This document shows positions 19,018 through 29,302 of a DNA stretch of 64,000 nucleotides, one piece after another (within the stretch, counting starts at the first letter, position 1; the number at the start of each line of letters is the position of its first letter). Made by a program: the position numbers and the translations under genes. The stretch lies in contig CAVOKF010000005.1 in assembly GCA_963696385.1 (NCBI GenBank), positions 1,408,001 to 1,472,000 of the forward strand, in the 5' to 3' direction. A model generated the notes under the pieces. That model was given only the letters and a program-made list of their open reading frames with translations, was not told the origin of the DNA and made no database searches. Source of the stretch: an uncultured delta proteobacterium (GTDB taxonomy: Bacteria; Myxococcota_A; Polyangia; Polyangiales; Polyangiaceae).

Positions 19018-20394
19018 TCACTTCGCGAGCTTGGTCACGCTGCCGGCCGGCCCGCCGGTCACCCAGTAGACGGCCGTATCATCCACGGCGATTCCCTGAG
19101 GATCGTCGAGGCCGCTGACCAGCGGCGGAGGCAGCGGTCCTTCATTTCCGATCGGAACCCGATAGAGCGCTCCTTTGGTGTTTCCCGGAGGACCACAGGC
19201 CGCCGTGCCCTGATCGAGAAAGTAGACGGAGACCCCGTCGGAGACCACGGCGAGCGGGCAGGTGAGGGCACCGGCCGCGATCGTCCTTTCGGTCGCGACG
19301 GTGCCGGCCTTGATGTTCTCGTATACGCTCGGATTTGCGGAACCGCCGGTCCAGTAGACATACGTGCTGTCGATAGCGATCCCGACGAACGTGCCCGTTC
19401 CAATCTCGCTCACCGGGCCGCCGGCCAGCGGCACACTCTCGGCCAGCCCGCCGCCGGCGGTCTTCGATGCGTAATACGCATTCGCGCCGTCGATCGCGAT
19501 CCCCGCCGGCGTCGTTCCGTTCTCTCCGGAGACGTTCAGCTGTACTGCGGGGACACCCCCATCGCTGTTCGCCGGGGCGGACATGATCTGATTGCCGGTT
19601 TGGTCGGTCCAGACCACAGTCGTCCCATTCGAGGCGATCCAGTCGGGCTCGGCCTGATTGGTCGCGATGGTGGTCAGCGCCGCGCCCGTCGGGAGTGCAC
19701 GTCGTACCTGACCCGATGCAGTCTTATTCGTCCAGTAGACGAACATGCCGTCGGAGGCGATGCCCTGCACGTTCTGCGCAGCGGGTCCCGACACGACGGG
19801 CGTGGGCGTGCCCTGGCGCGTCAACGACTTGCTCACTTTGTTGATCGTGCCCGCATCGCTGTCGGCCCAGTAAACAAAAGTCGAATCGATTGCGATGCCG
19901 ACCAATCCGCTCGTCACCGCCAGCGTGACCGGTCCGCAGAGGCCGGAGTTGCACTCGCCACCTTGGCAATAGTGACCGCAGAGCCCGCAGTTGAGCGGAT
20001 CGGCCGCGACGTCTGCTGCACACGCATCGCTGGAATCGGTCGTCGACTCGGAGTCTTGCGGGCGGCCGGCCTCGCCCGCTGTCGGCAGTGTCGAATCGAT
20101 GGCGAAGCCGGAATCGGCCGTCGACGCCGCATCGTTCGGGCTGTCTGGTTGGGTGGGCGGTCGCGGCGCCGAATCACCGGGGGCGCCGCCGTCGGCCTGC
20201 TGGGGCGCCGTTGAATCGTCCGGCGTATCGGCATCGGCGGCGATCTGCGTGTCGTCGGTCAAGGCGCCGTCGAGCACGGGGAGGCCCCCGATGTTCCCCG
20301 CTTCATCGCCGGCAACTTCGAGGCCGTTGAGCGACGTCACCAGACTGCAGGCTCCGAGCGACAGGCCCGCAACGACGATCGGGGCCACGCGCAT
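19018..20394 (-). CDS. Lipoprotein with Cys-rich domain and YWTD-like beta-propeller
   Basis: Lipobox LGAC; DPLNCGLCGHYCQGGEC; repeated GIAIDSTFVYW / IASDGMFVYWT blades. Confidence 0.8.
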   Translation of the reverse strand: MRVAPIVVAGLSLGACSLVTSLNGLEVAGDEAGNIGGLPVLDGALTDDTQIAADADTPDDSTAPQQADGGAPGDSAPRPPTQPDSPNDAASTADSGFAIDSTLPTAGEAGRPQDSESTTDSSDACAADVAADPLNCGLCGHYCQGGECNSGLCGPVTLAVTSGLVGIAIDSTFVYWADSDAGTINKVSKSLTRQGTPTPVVSGPAAQNVQGIASDGMFVYWTNKTASGQVRRALPTGAALTTIATNQAEPDWIASNGTTVVWTDQTGNQIMSAPANSDGGVPAVQLNVSGENGTTPAGIAIDGANAYYASKTAGGGLAESVPLAGGPVSEIGTGTFVGIAIDSTYVYWTGGSANPSVYENIKAGTVATERTIAAGALTCPLAVVSDGVSVYFLDQGTAACGPPGNTKGALYRVPIGNEGPLPPPLVSGLDDPQGIAVDDTAVYWVTGGPAGSVTKLAK

Positions 20395-20944
20395 CCACCG
20401 CACCCAACAAGGATATCGCATCGCGCCTGCCACGCCGCGCAAATTGTCGAGCACGACATGGCAGTAAGTTGGATTCGTCATAAGGGGTAACGAAGGCCAA
20501 CGCAATCCATTACGTGAAATACGCTACATGGGACTCAGCCTATTGCCGTGTAGACGGGTCGGGGCCCGGCCCATCGTAGAAATGTCGCACCTGAGCTCCT
20601 GGACACGCATAGGGACACGGTGAACGCTCTCGGAGCGGATGGGCGCTGCGCGTCGGACCGTCGACCCTCGTCTCGCCGATTCCGTGCGGAACGAACCTTT
20701 CGGACGCCGACGCCGCGAGGATCCTCGAGCGGCGTCCCCGGCGCAAAGATCAACATTCGAGCTCCGCGTACGACGGGGCTCGGCGTCGCCACCGCCGACT
20801 CCGATGCTGCCCGGCCGAGCGCGGCGCGTGTCCGGTGATGGTGGGGCGGCCATCGCGGTGTCGGGATCCGAGCGCCGGAATGGGTCACACGGATCACCCG
20901 CCGCTTGCGCGTCGCCTGGCAAAGCCGTAGGTGGGCAATGACAC

Positions 20945-22924
20945 GTGGACCGCATGCCGACACCTTTCAACCAAACCGACCGCCCGCTGATGCAAGCCCT
21001 TGTCGCGGGACCGCTGGTCCTCGATGGCGCCATGGGGACGCAGCTGTACGAGCGGGGGGTGCTCTATAGCGCGTGCTTCGAGGAGCTGAATTCGTCACGC
21101 CCCGAGCTCGTCGCCCGCGTCCATGAAGATTACGTGCGCGCGGGCGCTCAGGTCGTGGAGTCGAACACATTTGGCGCGAACGCCCTGAGGTTGGAGAAAT
21201 ATGGCCTATCCGGGCGGGTCCGCGAGCTCAACGTGGAAGGTGTTCGAATCGCGAGAGCGGCGGCCGGGACCTACGCCTATGTGGTCGGGGCGATGGGTCC
21301 GAGCGGCTACTTTCTCGGTGAGGCCGGGCGGGTAAGCGGCGAGGATCTTGCCAAGGTCAAAGACGTCTTCGCGGAGCAGGCCAGGGCTCTCGTCGAAGAA
21401 GGCGTGGACGCCCTGCTTGTCGAAACCATTCGCCAGACGCCCGAGCTTCGCATGGCCGTCGAGGCGGCCGTGGAAGCCTCGGAGGGACTCGTTCCCGTCA
21501 TGGCGAGCGTATCGCTCGACGACCGCGGCCTCATGGCCGAGGGAACTGCGGCTGAAGAGGTGGCCCGGCTCGCGCGGGAATGGGGCGCCGGCGTCGTGGG
21601 TGTCAACTGCTCCGAGGGGCCGATGGCGGTTCTCGCGGCGGTCGAGAAGATGGTGCCCGCAGGCTTGCCCATCCTTGCCGCGCCCAATGCGGGTTTGCCC
21701 CGACGGGTCGACGAGCGCATGGTCTATGTTTCCACTCCCGAGTACTTCGGCGTGTATGCCCAGCGCATGTTTCGCTTGGGCGTGCGGCTCGTGGGCGGCT
21801 GCTGCGGAACCACGCCCGATCACATTCGGCGGATTGCGGCCTCGGCCCGGATGGCCGGAGCGGGTGCGGTTCGGGAACGCGGATTCGCCGTCGAGCCGGC
21901 CTTGGCGCCGGGAGCGAGCCGACAGGAGATCGGCGCCGTCTCCATCGCGCCGTTCGAAAGCGGCGGGCATGCGACGATCAGCTCATTGCCCGATAGGATG
22001 ATCGGTTCGTTGCCTCCCGTGCCCTTCGCGGAGAGAAGCGACCTTTCGTCCAAGATCGCGCGGCGCAAATTCGTCGTCTCCGTCGAGGTCAACCCGCCCG
22101 TGGGGCTCGACCCGTCCCGCGCGGTGGCCGCCGCGAGAATGCTCAAAGCGGGCGGGGTCGACGTCGTCAACGTCGCCGACGGGGCGCGGGCGCAGTCTCG
22201 GATGAGCAATTTGGCCCTCGCCGTGCGGATCCAGCGCGAGGCTGGCCTCGAGGTGATCTTGCACGTGTGCGGGCGCGACAGAAATTTGCTGGCCACATTC
22301 GCTCACTTGTTGGGAGCGCATGATCTGGGTCTGCGCGATCTGGTCATCATCACCGGCGATCCACCCAAGATGGGCGACTTCCCCGATGCCACCGCCGTCT
22401 ACGATCTCGACTCGATCGGTATCCTCAAGCTTGCGACGCGGCTGAACCACGGCGTCGATCCGGCGGGCAAGCCTCTCGGCGCGACGACGCGATTTCTGCT
22501 CGCCACCGGCGCCGAGCCGGCGGCTCTCAATTACCCCCGCGAGATCGAGCGCTTGCACCAGAAGAAAGCGGCCGGTGCCGAGGTCATCATGACTCAGCCG
22601 GTGTACTCGCCCGAGTCGCTCGATCGCTTCCTCGACGACGTGGCTCCGCTCGATGTACCGGTGCTGGTCGGGCTCCTGCCGCTCGCGAGCTTCCGCAACG
22701 CCGAGTTCTTGCACAATGAGGTGCCCGGCATGCAAGTTCCCGAATCGATTCGCGATCGAATGCGAAAGGCTGGGACGGGTGCAGCGGCACGAAGCGAGGG
22801 AGTCCGGATCGCGCGCGAGATGCTCGCCGCGGTTCGGCACCGCGTTGCGGGCGCGTACGTCATGCCGCCGCTTGAGCGCCACGAGCTTGCGCTCGAGGTT
22901 CTCGACGGTTTCATGGATGCGTGA
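20945..22924 (+). CDS. yitJ: Bifunctional homocysteine S-methyltransferase / methylenetetrahydrofolate reductase
   Basis: LDGAMGT, GVNC, PNAGLP, GGCCGTTP; MTHFR half with SVEVNPP, CGRDRN, TGDP, MTQP, HNEVPG. Confidence 0.93.
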   Translation: MDRMPTPFNQTDRPLMQALVAGPLVLDGAMGTQLYERGVLYSACFEELNSSRPELVARVHEDYVRAGAQVVESNTFGANALRLEKYGLSGRVRELNVEGVRIARAAAGTYAYVVGAMGPSGYFLGEAGRVSGEDLAKVKDVFAEQARALVEEGVDALLVETIRQTPELRMAVEAAVEASEGLVPVMASVSLDDRGLMAEGTAAEEVARLAREWGAGVVGVNCSEGPMAVLAAVEKMVPAGLPILAAPNAGLPRRVDERMVYVSTPEYFGVYAQRMFRLGVRLVGGCCGTTPDHIRRIAASARMAGAGAVRERGFAVEPALAPGASRQEIGAVSIAPFESGGHATISSLPDRMIGSLPPVPFAERSDLSSKIARRKFVVSVEVNPPVGLDPSRAVAAARMLKAGGVDVVNVADGARAQSRMSNLALAVRIQREAGLEVILHVCGRDRNLLATFAHLLGAHDLGLRDLVIITGDPPKMGDFPDATAVYDLDSIGILKLATRLNHGVDPAGKPLGATTRFLLATGAEPAALNYPREIERLHQKKAAGAEVIMTQPVYSPESLDRFLDDVAPLDVPVLVGLLPLASFRNAEFLHNEVPGMQVPESIRDRMRKAGTGAAARSEGVRIAREMLAAVRHRVAGAYVMPPLERHELALEVLDGFMDA

Positions 22925-24318
22925 TGATCCGGGTGGTGGATCGCCCGGAACCGCGACTCGCTTCGCCGCCCCCCGCTCGGGTATGGCTCGGATGCGCGGC
23001 GGCTTTCGCCACTCTGTCCGTCTGCGTCGGATGCGGGAGGTCATCGTCCGAGCGGGCGCCTTCCTCCCGAGCGCCGGCCGCATCGGTCGAGCAGCCGCCT
23101 CGCCATTCCGCACCGGCCGGAGATGTCGTCTTCGCCCCCATGCGGTGCACCCCGGGGGCTGGATCATGGGATTTGGGCGATGGCGGAGCCCCCGGCCGCG
23201 TGGACGACCCGTTTCAGGACGAGTTTGAGGTCGGAGATGCCGTCAGGGATCCGACCGGGACCGCGGTTGGTGTCACTCATCGGACGGCGGCCGGTCGGAC
23301 CGCGGCGATTGCATGGATCGCTCAGGATACCCGAGGGCCGGCAGATCTGTTCGACTTGGGCCCCACGTTGGGGGACGGCCCGCCGCCGAGACTCATCCGG
23401 GGGCCCAACGGCCTGTTTGCGGCTGCATATGGCGTAGCGCGGGTGAGCGCGCGGGCGGATGCCGCGCGCGACCTCGTCGTCTACACGGTGCCGGTTCGGG
23501 CACCGCCAACGGTCCGCGAGAGCATTTCTCAGCAGCGCGACGACTCGTTGGCGTTCGACGTGGCGGTTTCCGGGTCGAGTGTGCTCGCGGTGTGGGACGA
23601 GGCGACGAGCGGTGCACGGGGCGTCATACGGTACGCCGCGATCCAAGGCGACGCCGGCGCGACGCGGGATCTCTCGCCGCCCGAGTCCGACGCTGAAGCG
23701 CCACGCATCCTTGCGTCCCCCGGCGGCTTCACGGCCCTCTGGCTCGCGCGTCAATCCGAGGCGGCGATCGACGACGCGCGAAGCAGCCTGGCCGTCGAGG
23801 TCCCCGGTGAGCTCCGAGCGTTCGGTTGGATCGAGTCGATCCGGGTGGACGAGCGCGGTGTCCCCAGAGGACCGGCGCGACCCCTGACGTCGATGAACGG
23901 GCATGTGTCGGCGTACGACGCGCAAGCTCTCGACGACGCCAGCGTGCTCGTCGTAGCTCGCGACGACGGTGAATCTACGGACGGCTCAGGAGGCACTCTG
24001 CTTCGAGTTCGGATCGCAGGCGACCGAGTCGATCCGCCTCTGGCGTTCTCGATAGACGGTTTGGGTCGCGGAGCTCCGATGCTCGTGGACGGCAGGCCCC
24101 TCTGGCTGTCGTGGATGGGCCCACACGAGCAACTTCGCCTCATCCCGCTCGACGCCATCGGAGCACCCGCGGGGCCGCTCAGCGCCGAAGAGTCGTTGAA
24201 CGACGCGCGTCCGCTGCTCGTCTTGTCGGCTCCGCCGGATGCACCGGAACGCTTCCTCGTGGCCACACCGTTGCGCACCGAAGGGCAGCTTCGGACATTT
24301 GCGTGTGCGCGCCGATGA
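22924..24318 (+). CDS. Hypothetical protein, probable lipoprotein
   Basis: Overlaps the yitJ stop; hydrophobic stretch ending VGC; beta-rich body. Confidence 0.65.
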   Translation: MIRVVDRPEPRLASPPPARVWLGCAAAFATLSVCVGCGRSSSERAPSSRAPAASVEQPPRHSAPAGDVVFAPMRCTPGAGSWDLGDGGAPGRVDDPFQDEFEVGDAVRDPTGTAVGVTHRTAAGRTAAIAWIAQDTRGPADLFDLGPTLGDGPPPRLIRGPNGLFAAAYGVARVSARADAARDLVVYTVPVRAPPTVRESISQQRDDSLAFDVAVSGSSVLAVWDEATSGARGVIRYAAIQGDAGATRDLSPPESDAEAPRILASPGGFTALWLARQSEAAIDDARSSLAVEVPGELRAFGWIESIRVDERGVPRGPARPLTSMNGHVSAYDAQALDDASVLVVARDDGESTDGSGGTLLRVRIAGDRVDPPLAFSIDGLGRGAPMLVDGRPLWLSWMGPHEQLRLIPLDAIGAPAGPLSAEESLNDARPLLVLSAPPDAPERFLVATPLRTEGQLRTFACARR

Positions 24319-24440
24319 TCTCATCTCGTCGTGGCGCTTCCGTCCGAGGCTGCTTTCGACTAGGTTACGGCGCGTGGCAGTCGCCGCCCGGCAAGGCCCT
24401 TTCCACAACCGGACAAAGCTCGGTCGGCGGTACGCGACGC

Positions 24441-24514
24441 GGGCCCATAGCTCAATCGGTCAGAGCCCCCGGCTCATAACCGGGCTGTTCCTGGTTCGAA
24501 CCCAGGTGGGCCCA
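24441..24514 (+). tRNA. tRNA with CAT anticodon, probably tRNA-Ile2 (lysidine); CCA not encoded
   Basis: Acceptor GGGCCCA/TGGGCCC plus A73; anticodon arm CCCGG-CTCATAA-CCGGG (CAT at 24475-24477); T loop GGTTCGAACC. Confidence 0.95.
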
Positions 24515-24681
24515 CTGGCTGACGCGGCAGCCACCTGCCCGAGAGCGGCAAACCCGCGTCGGAGCGCGGCCTCTCGCGACGGAAACGAGGCATGGCCGTC
24601 GCACTCGTCGCAGAGGATACGAGCGTGCGCTATGTACTTTGACACCCCGCATCGTTCGCCATCGTTCCGGAGAGTGACGCA

Positions 24682-25428
24682 TTGAGCATCCCCGACCATA
24701 TTCGCGCGCTCGAGAAACTCGCGCAGATTGATGCAGAACTGAAAGAACTTCAGGACCAGCTCGCGCAGGAGCGCTCGACGCTCGACGGCTTGACTTCGGG
24801 CATCCGCAAGCTCGACGAGAGGCTGACGATCGATCGGGCATCGATGGGCGTGATGGAGAAGGCCCGCGGTGAGCTGCTGCTCGATGTCCGCAACATGAGC
24901 CAGCAGCTCGACCATTCCCGCGACAAGCTCTCGCGAGCCCGTACCGAGCGCGAGGCCAACGCCGCGCAGCGCGAGCTCGAAGAGCTGCGCAAGCTCGTCC
25001 GGGATCGCGAGGACGAGATCGGCAAGCTAACCCGGGACGCGGACGCCGCCCGGCAGCAGATCGAGGGGACGGAGGCCGACCATCGCAAGCTAGCGGACGA
25101 ACTGGGAGCCCGAGAGGGTGACATCAGCTCGAAGCTCGGCGAAGCGGAAAGCAAGGCGCGCGTCAAGCGGGCGGAACGCGATGCCGCCGTCAAGGCGTTG
25201 CCCCCGCAGCTGTATCGCCGTTACGAAATGATTCGATCGAAGCGTGGCAACGCAATCGCGCAGACGAACGATGGGACGTGCAGGGCCTGCAACATGGCGC
25301 TTCCGCCACAGTTGTTTCACCGGCTCCGGCGAGAGCCGACGCTCGAGCAATGTCCCTCTTGCAACCGGCTCATCTACTTCTCTTCGCCACAGGCGGTTGC
25401 TGCTTCGGCCGCGCCGGAGCGCAGTTGA
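24682..25428 (+). CDS. Coiled-coil protein with C4 zinc ribbon (DUF164/CT398-like)
   Basis: Long heptad region; CRACNMALPPQ...CPSCNRLIY. Confidence 0.9.
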   Translation: MSIPDHIRALEKLAQIDAELKELQDQLAQERSTLDGLTSGIRKLDERLTIDRASMGVMEKARGELLLDVRNMSQQLDHSRDKLSRARTEREANAAQRELEELRKLVRDREDEIGKLTRDADAARQQIEGTEADHRKLADELGAREGDISSKLGEAESKARVKRAERDAAVKALPPQLYRRYEMIRSKRGNAIAQTNDGTCRACNMALPPQLFHRLRREPTLEQCPSCNRLIYFSSPQAVAASAAPERS

Positions 25429-25539
25429 AGGCCTTCGCCGTCCGAGTGCCCCCGCGCGTTCCGCGCGCGCGAAGTCTTCGGGAGCGGGCAATGGCCGAGG
25501 TGGTAGGCTGGCGATAGTGTTCCCGGGGCGCGTCCCGAC

Positions 25540-26850
25540 ATGAAGAGCTGCCCGAAGTGCCAGCGCGTGTTTCCGGACGACGCCGGCTTTTGTCCGGCCG
25601 ATGGTACGGCGCTCACCGCGGCCAGTATCGTGCCGGTCGCGCACTCCCAGGAAGACCGGCGCATCGGAGCTCGGCTCTGCGGCCGCTACGAGATTCGCCG
25701 AACGGTGGCCGACGGGGGTATGGGACGCGTCTATGAGGGGATCGACAAGCAGACCAATTCTCGAATCGCCCTCAAGGTCCTCCACGACGATGTCGCCAGG
25801 GACGAGGTCGCGCTCGAGCGTTTCAAGCGCGAATACGAAATTAGTGCCCTATTGCCCCATGAGCACATCGTCAAGGTTCTTGATTTCCAGCGTGACACGG
25901 TCGCTGACACCTGGCTGCTCGTCATGGAATTTCTCGAAGGCGAAGAGCTTCGCTATGTCCTGAAACGCGAGAAGGTCTTGCCGCCCGAGCGCGTCGTGCG
26001 GGCTCTGTCTCAGGTGGCTATCGGCCTAGACGAAGCGCATGCGCGTGGCTTCATTCACCGCGACCTCAAGCCCGACAACCTGTTTCTGTGTGGCCGGCGC
26101 GAGGGCGATACGGTCAAGATCCTCGACTTCGGTAGCGTCAAGGACACGTCCGTCGGGAACCGAAAGAAGCTCACCGTGCTGGGCACGACGATCGGCAGTC
26201 CCTATTACATGGCTCCCGAACAGGCGCAGGGCCTCGAAACGCTCGATCCGCGCGCGGACGTGTTTGCGCTCGCCGCTTTGACGTACGAGTGCCTGACCGG
26301 CGAGGTCCCCTTCGTCGGCAACAACGGTCCGTCGATCCTTCTGGCGATTCTGACCAAGGACCCGGTTCCGCCTAGTTTGAAGGCGAAGGACGCGAAGTAC
26401 CGTGTTCCGCCGACGGTGGACGAGGTGCTCGAGCAAGGCCTTGCAAAAAATCCGGGCATCCGCACGGCGAGCGTTGGAGCGCTTGCGGACGCGATAGGTC
26501 ACGCCTTCGGCCTCTCGGGCGAGCATCGGCAGTGGGCATCGACCCCCCAGCAGGAGCTCGGACGGCAAATAGCAGCCGCGTTGCCGTCGCTCATGGCCGC
26601 CAAGATTGCCGCCGTGGACGTCGCCGCCGATCCGTTCGCTTCGGCCGGGCGATCGGCCCCGATCGCGAGCGGGTCTGCACTCCGGGGAGGGCGCTTGGGC
26701 AACGACGAGGCTTTCGACGCCGTTCGGAACGTGGATTTGCTGCCCGCCGGCGTTCCGTCGGCCAAACCCGGGTGGCTGCTTCCGGTCATCGTGGGGGTGC
26801 TTGCGCTCGTCGTCGGCGGAGCCGTGACCCTGGTCGTCATGGGCCGTTGA
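25540..26850 (+). CDS. Ser/Thr protein kinase with N-terminal zinc-ribbon-like motif and C-terminal TM anchor
   Basis: CPKC...FCPADG; DGGMGRVY, HRDLKPDN, DFG, GSPYYMAPE. Confidence 0.93.
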   Translation: MKSCPKCQRVFPDDAGFCPADGTALTAASIVPVAHSQEDRRIGARLCGRYEIRRTVADGGMGRVYEGIDKQTNSRIALKVLHDDVARDEVALERFKREYEISALLPHEHIVKVLDFQRDTVADTWLLVMEFLEGEELRYVLKREKVLPPERVVRALSQVAIGLDEAHARGFIHRDLKPDNLFLCGRREGDTVKILDFGSVKDTSVGNRKKLTVLGTTIGSPYYMAPEQAQGLETLDPRADVFALAALTYECLTGEVPFVGNNGPSILLAILTKDPVPPSLKAKDAKYRVPPTVDEVLEQGLAKNPGIRTASVGALADAIGHAFGLSGEHRQWASTPQQELGRQIAAALPSLMAAKIAAVDVAADPFASAGRSAPIASGSALRGGRLGNDEAFDAVRNVDLLPAGVPSAKPGWLLPVIVGVLALVVGGAVTLVVMGR

Positions 26851-26893
26851 CCCCCCCGTCGCGAATAAATGCCGAAACGTACGCCGGCCGGCC

Positions 26894-27862
26894 GTGACGA
26901 CCCCGCTTCGCATCCTGACCTACAACGTGCGTTACTTCGGGCATGCCACCCGAGGCATCGCGAGCACGCGTCGCGCCATGCTCAGGATCGCGGAGGCGAT
27001 TGCCGGCCTCGTGCCGCTTCCCGCGATCGTGTGTTTGCAGGAGGTCGAGACACGATCGATTCGATCGACCGTCGCGCACCGAGGCGGCGAGACTCAGCTC
27101 GAGAGGTTCATGCAAATGCTCTCCGCCGCGCTGACGGCCGCCGGAAAGCCGGACGGCTATGACGCGTACTACTTTCCGGCCCACGCTTATCGGATCTCCC
27201 CGGGCGTGCACGCGTATACGACGGGTCTTGCCATCTTGGCGCACGAAAACTTCGCGGTCGATCACCATAACGCCGAGATGCCGCATGACATCACTCACCG
27301 TCGCTTGCATCCGATCCGACGCTTCAAGCAAACGCGAATTTGTGCCCACGTTCGCTTCCGCGATCGCGAGCAAAGCGGCCGCGATCCGATCGACGTGTTC
27401 AACACGCACTTGAGTCTGCCGAGCACGTTGACACGGGCATTTTGGACCGAGCCTCGCCGGCTGGGTTGGGGTCCCAACCAGATCGAGGAGGCGCGAAACC
27501 TCGCGCGCTTCGTCGAGCGCGAGAGAACGAGCAGTCGCTTCGTCGTCGTCGGAGATTTCAACGCACTGCCCGGCTCACCGGTGTATCGGTGTCTCGTCGA
27601 CGAGCATGGGTGGATCGATGCATTTGCGCAGCGCTATCGCTTTTCGGTCGACGAGATCGCCGGCTGGCCCACCGCCGGATTTCTGCGAATGCGCATGCAC
27701 CTCGACCACGTGTTTGCGGGGGCCGGACTCAAGTGGCTGGACTTCGACGACACGCATCCGTTTGGTGATCCGACGGCACCCTTTCACGGCTTGTCGGACC
27801 ATATGCCTCTCGTGGCGCGCTGCCGGGTCGTCCGAACGGCTTCGGCGCCGCCACCCGCATGA
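26894..27862 (+). CDS. Endonuclease/exonuclease/phosphatase family protein
   Basis: ILTYNV, LQEV, NTHL, GDFN, LDHVF, SDH. Confidence 0.92.
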   Translation: MTTPLRILTYNVRYFGHATRGIASTRRAMLRIAEAIAGLVPLPAIVCLQEVETRSIRSTVAHRGGETQLERFMQMLSAALTAAGKPDGYDAYYFPAHAYRISPGVHAYTTGLAILAHENFAVDHHNAEMPHDITHRRLHPIRRFKQTRICAHVRFRDREQSGRDPIDVFNTHLSLPSTLTRAFWTEPRRLGWGPNQIEEARNLARFVERERTSSRFVVVGDFNALPGSPVYRCLVDEHGWIDAFAQRYRFSVDEIAGWPTAGFLRMRMHLDHVFAGAGLKWLDFDDTHPFGDPTAPFHGLSDHMPLVARCRVVRTASAPPPA

Positions 27863-27975
27863 CTCCGGCTGCGCACGCACCCGGGCGGAGTCCACTTTGC
27901 AGCGGCGCGCGCTTTGGACGGTACTGTGTTCGTCGAAGCCGTAGAATGAAGTCTGACTTTTTCGAGGATCGGAAC

Positions 27976-28374
27976 ATGCCGGCCAACGAGACATCCAGTG
28001 CCCTGACCGAAGGCGTGCGCGTCACGGTGCGAAGCAGCTACGTCGCAGATCAGTCCGTGCCCGCCGCGCGACGCTACGTGTTCGCGTATACGGTCCGAAT
28101 CACGAACGAGGGGGCGGAGCCTGCGCAGCTGCGGACGAGGCATTGGGTCATCCGCGACGCAAACGGCAAGGTCGAGGAAGTGCGGGGTCCAGGGGTGGTC
28201 GGCCGTCAGCCCTACCTGAGCCCCGGAGAGCACTTCGAGTACACAAGCGGATGCGTCCTGCAGACGCCGACCGGCGAGATGCGTGGGACGTACCAAATGC
28301 AGAGGCCGGACGGGCGCGACTTCGATGCGGTCATCGCTCCGTTCTTGCTGGCCCTCCCTCACTCGTTGAACTGA
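27976..28374 (+). CDS. apaG: ApaG protein
   Basis: YVFAYTVRITN, RHWVI, VRGPGVVGRQP, YTSGC, GEMRGTY. Confidence 0.96.
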   Translation: MPANETSSALTEGVRVTVRSSYVADQSVPAARRYVFAYTVRITNEGAEPAQLRTRHWVIRDANGKVEEVRGPGVVGRQPYLSPGEHFEYTSGCVLQTPTGEMRGTYQMQRPDGRDFDAVIAPFLLALPHSLN

Positions 28375-28480
28375 GCCGAGAATGCCTGGACGGTGGCGCG
28401 AGCGGCAGTCGCGTTCCCTTGGCCGCCGACGATCTCGGGGGAGCTGTGTGGTCAGAAGGCGCCTGGGCTAAGCATCCGTC

Positions 28481-28807
28481 ATGGACGAGTCCTCGTTTCA
28501 GATGCTCGCCGACCAGGCGTTTTCTGCGATCGGCGACGCATTCGACGACGTCGACCCCGACATCGTCGACTGCGAAGTCGCTGGAAACGTCGTCACGCTC
28601 ACGCTGCCGGGCGGAAAGAGGTGCATCGTGAACACGCAGCGACCGACGCGTCAGATCTGGTTTGCGGCCAACGCGCGAGCGTGGCATTTCTCTTGGGACG
28701 CGAACACGCGGCGGTGGATGGACGACAAGGGCCGGGGCGACGAGCTCTTCGCAACGATCGCAAATGTCGTGAAGGATGCCGTGGGGCTCGATCTGGCTTT
28801 CCGATGA
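28481..28807 (+). CDS. cyaY: Frataxin homologue
   Basis: MDESSFQMLAD, GNVVTL, IVNTQRPTRQIW, WHF. Confidence 0.9.
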   Translation: MDESSFQMLADQAFSAIGDAFDDVDPDIVDCEVAGNVVTLTLPGGKRCIVNTQRPTRQIWFAANARAWHFSWDANTRRWMDDKGRGDELFATIANVVKDAVGLDLAFR

Positions 28808-29196
28808 CCACGGCCTACGAAGTCATCGGCGGCGAAATCAAGGTGCGCGCCGTGATTGGCAAGCTTTACGACAGGCTCTTCGCCGATCCCATCGTGGGTT
28901 TTTTGTTCGTGGGCAAGGACAAGCGTCACATCGTCGACCAGCAGGTCATCTTGACCTGCGCGTTTCTGGGGGGGCCCGCGCGCTATACGGGTCGACCGCT
29001 GCCGCAAGCTCATGCGGCGTTACCGCTCTTGCCCGGTCACTTCGATCGCCGTCACCGCGTTCTCTCGCAGGTTCTCGAGGAAGAAGCGGTGCCGGAGGAC
29101 GCGCGCCGAACGTGGCTTGACATCGACGAATCCCTTCGTGCGAGTGTGCTCGCGGCGGCGCGTGACGCGCGGGACAAGACCCGCGATCCCGCGTAA
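28804..29196 (+). CDS. Truncated (2/2) haemoglobin, group I-like
   Basis: YEVIGGE, YDRLFADPIVGFLF, FLGGPARYTGRPLPQAH, HFD; ATGA overlap with cyaY. Confidence 0.88.
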   Translation: MTTAYEVIGGEIKVRAVIGKLYDRLFADPIVGFLFVGKDKRHIVDQQVILTCAFLGGPARYTGRPLPQAHAALPLLPGHFDRRHRVLSQVLEEEAVPEDARRTWLDIDESLRASVLAAARDARDKTRDPA

Positions 29197-29302
29197 CGGA
29201 CGCCGCCCGTTCAGACGGCGGCGAGTCCGCGGGGAACGTCGAGTTTGTTCTCGGCCACAATGGACTGGCGGTCGTGTGTCGAAAGTGGCAACTGAGTTCG
29301 CG

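Noticed and set aside
20506..20944. SAM or cobalamin riboswitch, or small ORFs, upstream of yitJ
   Set aside because: No recognisable SAM-I or B12-box consensus; the ORFs are Arg/Pro-rich with no motifs.
24441..24700. tRNA as an integration site of a genomic island
   Set aside because: No integrase, no duplicated tRNA 3' end seen, and flanking genes look native.
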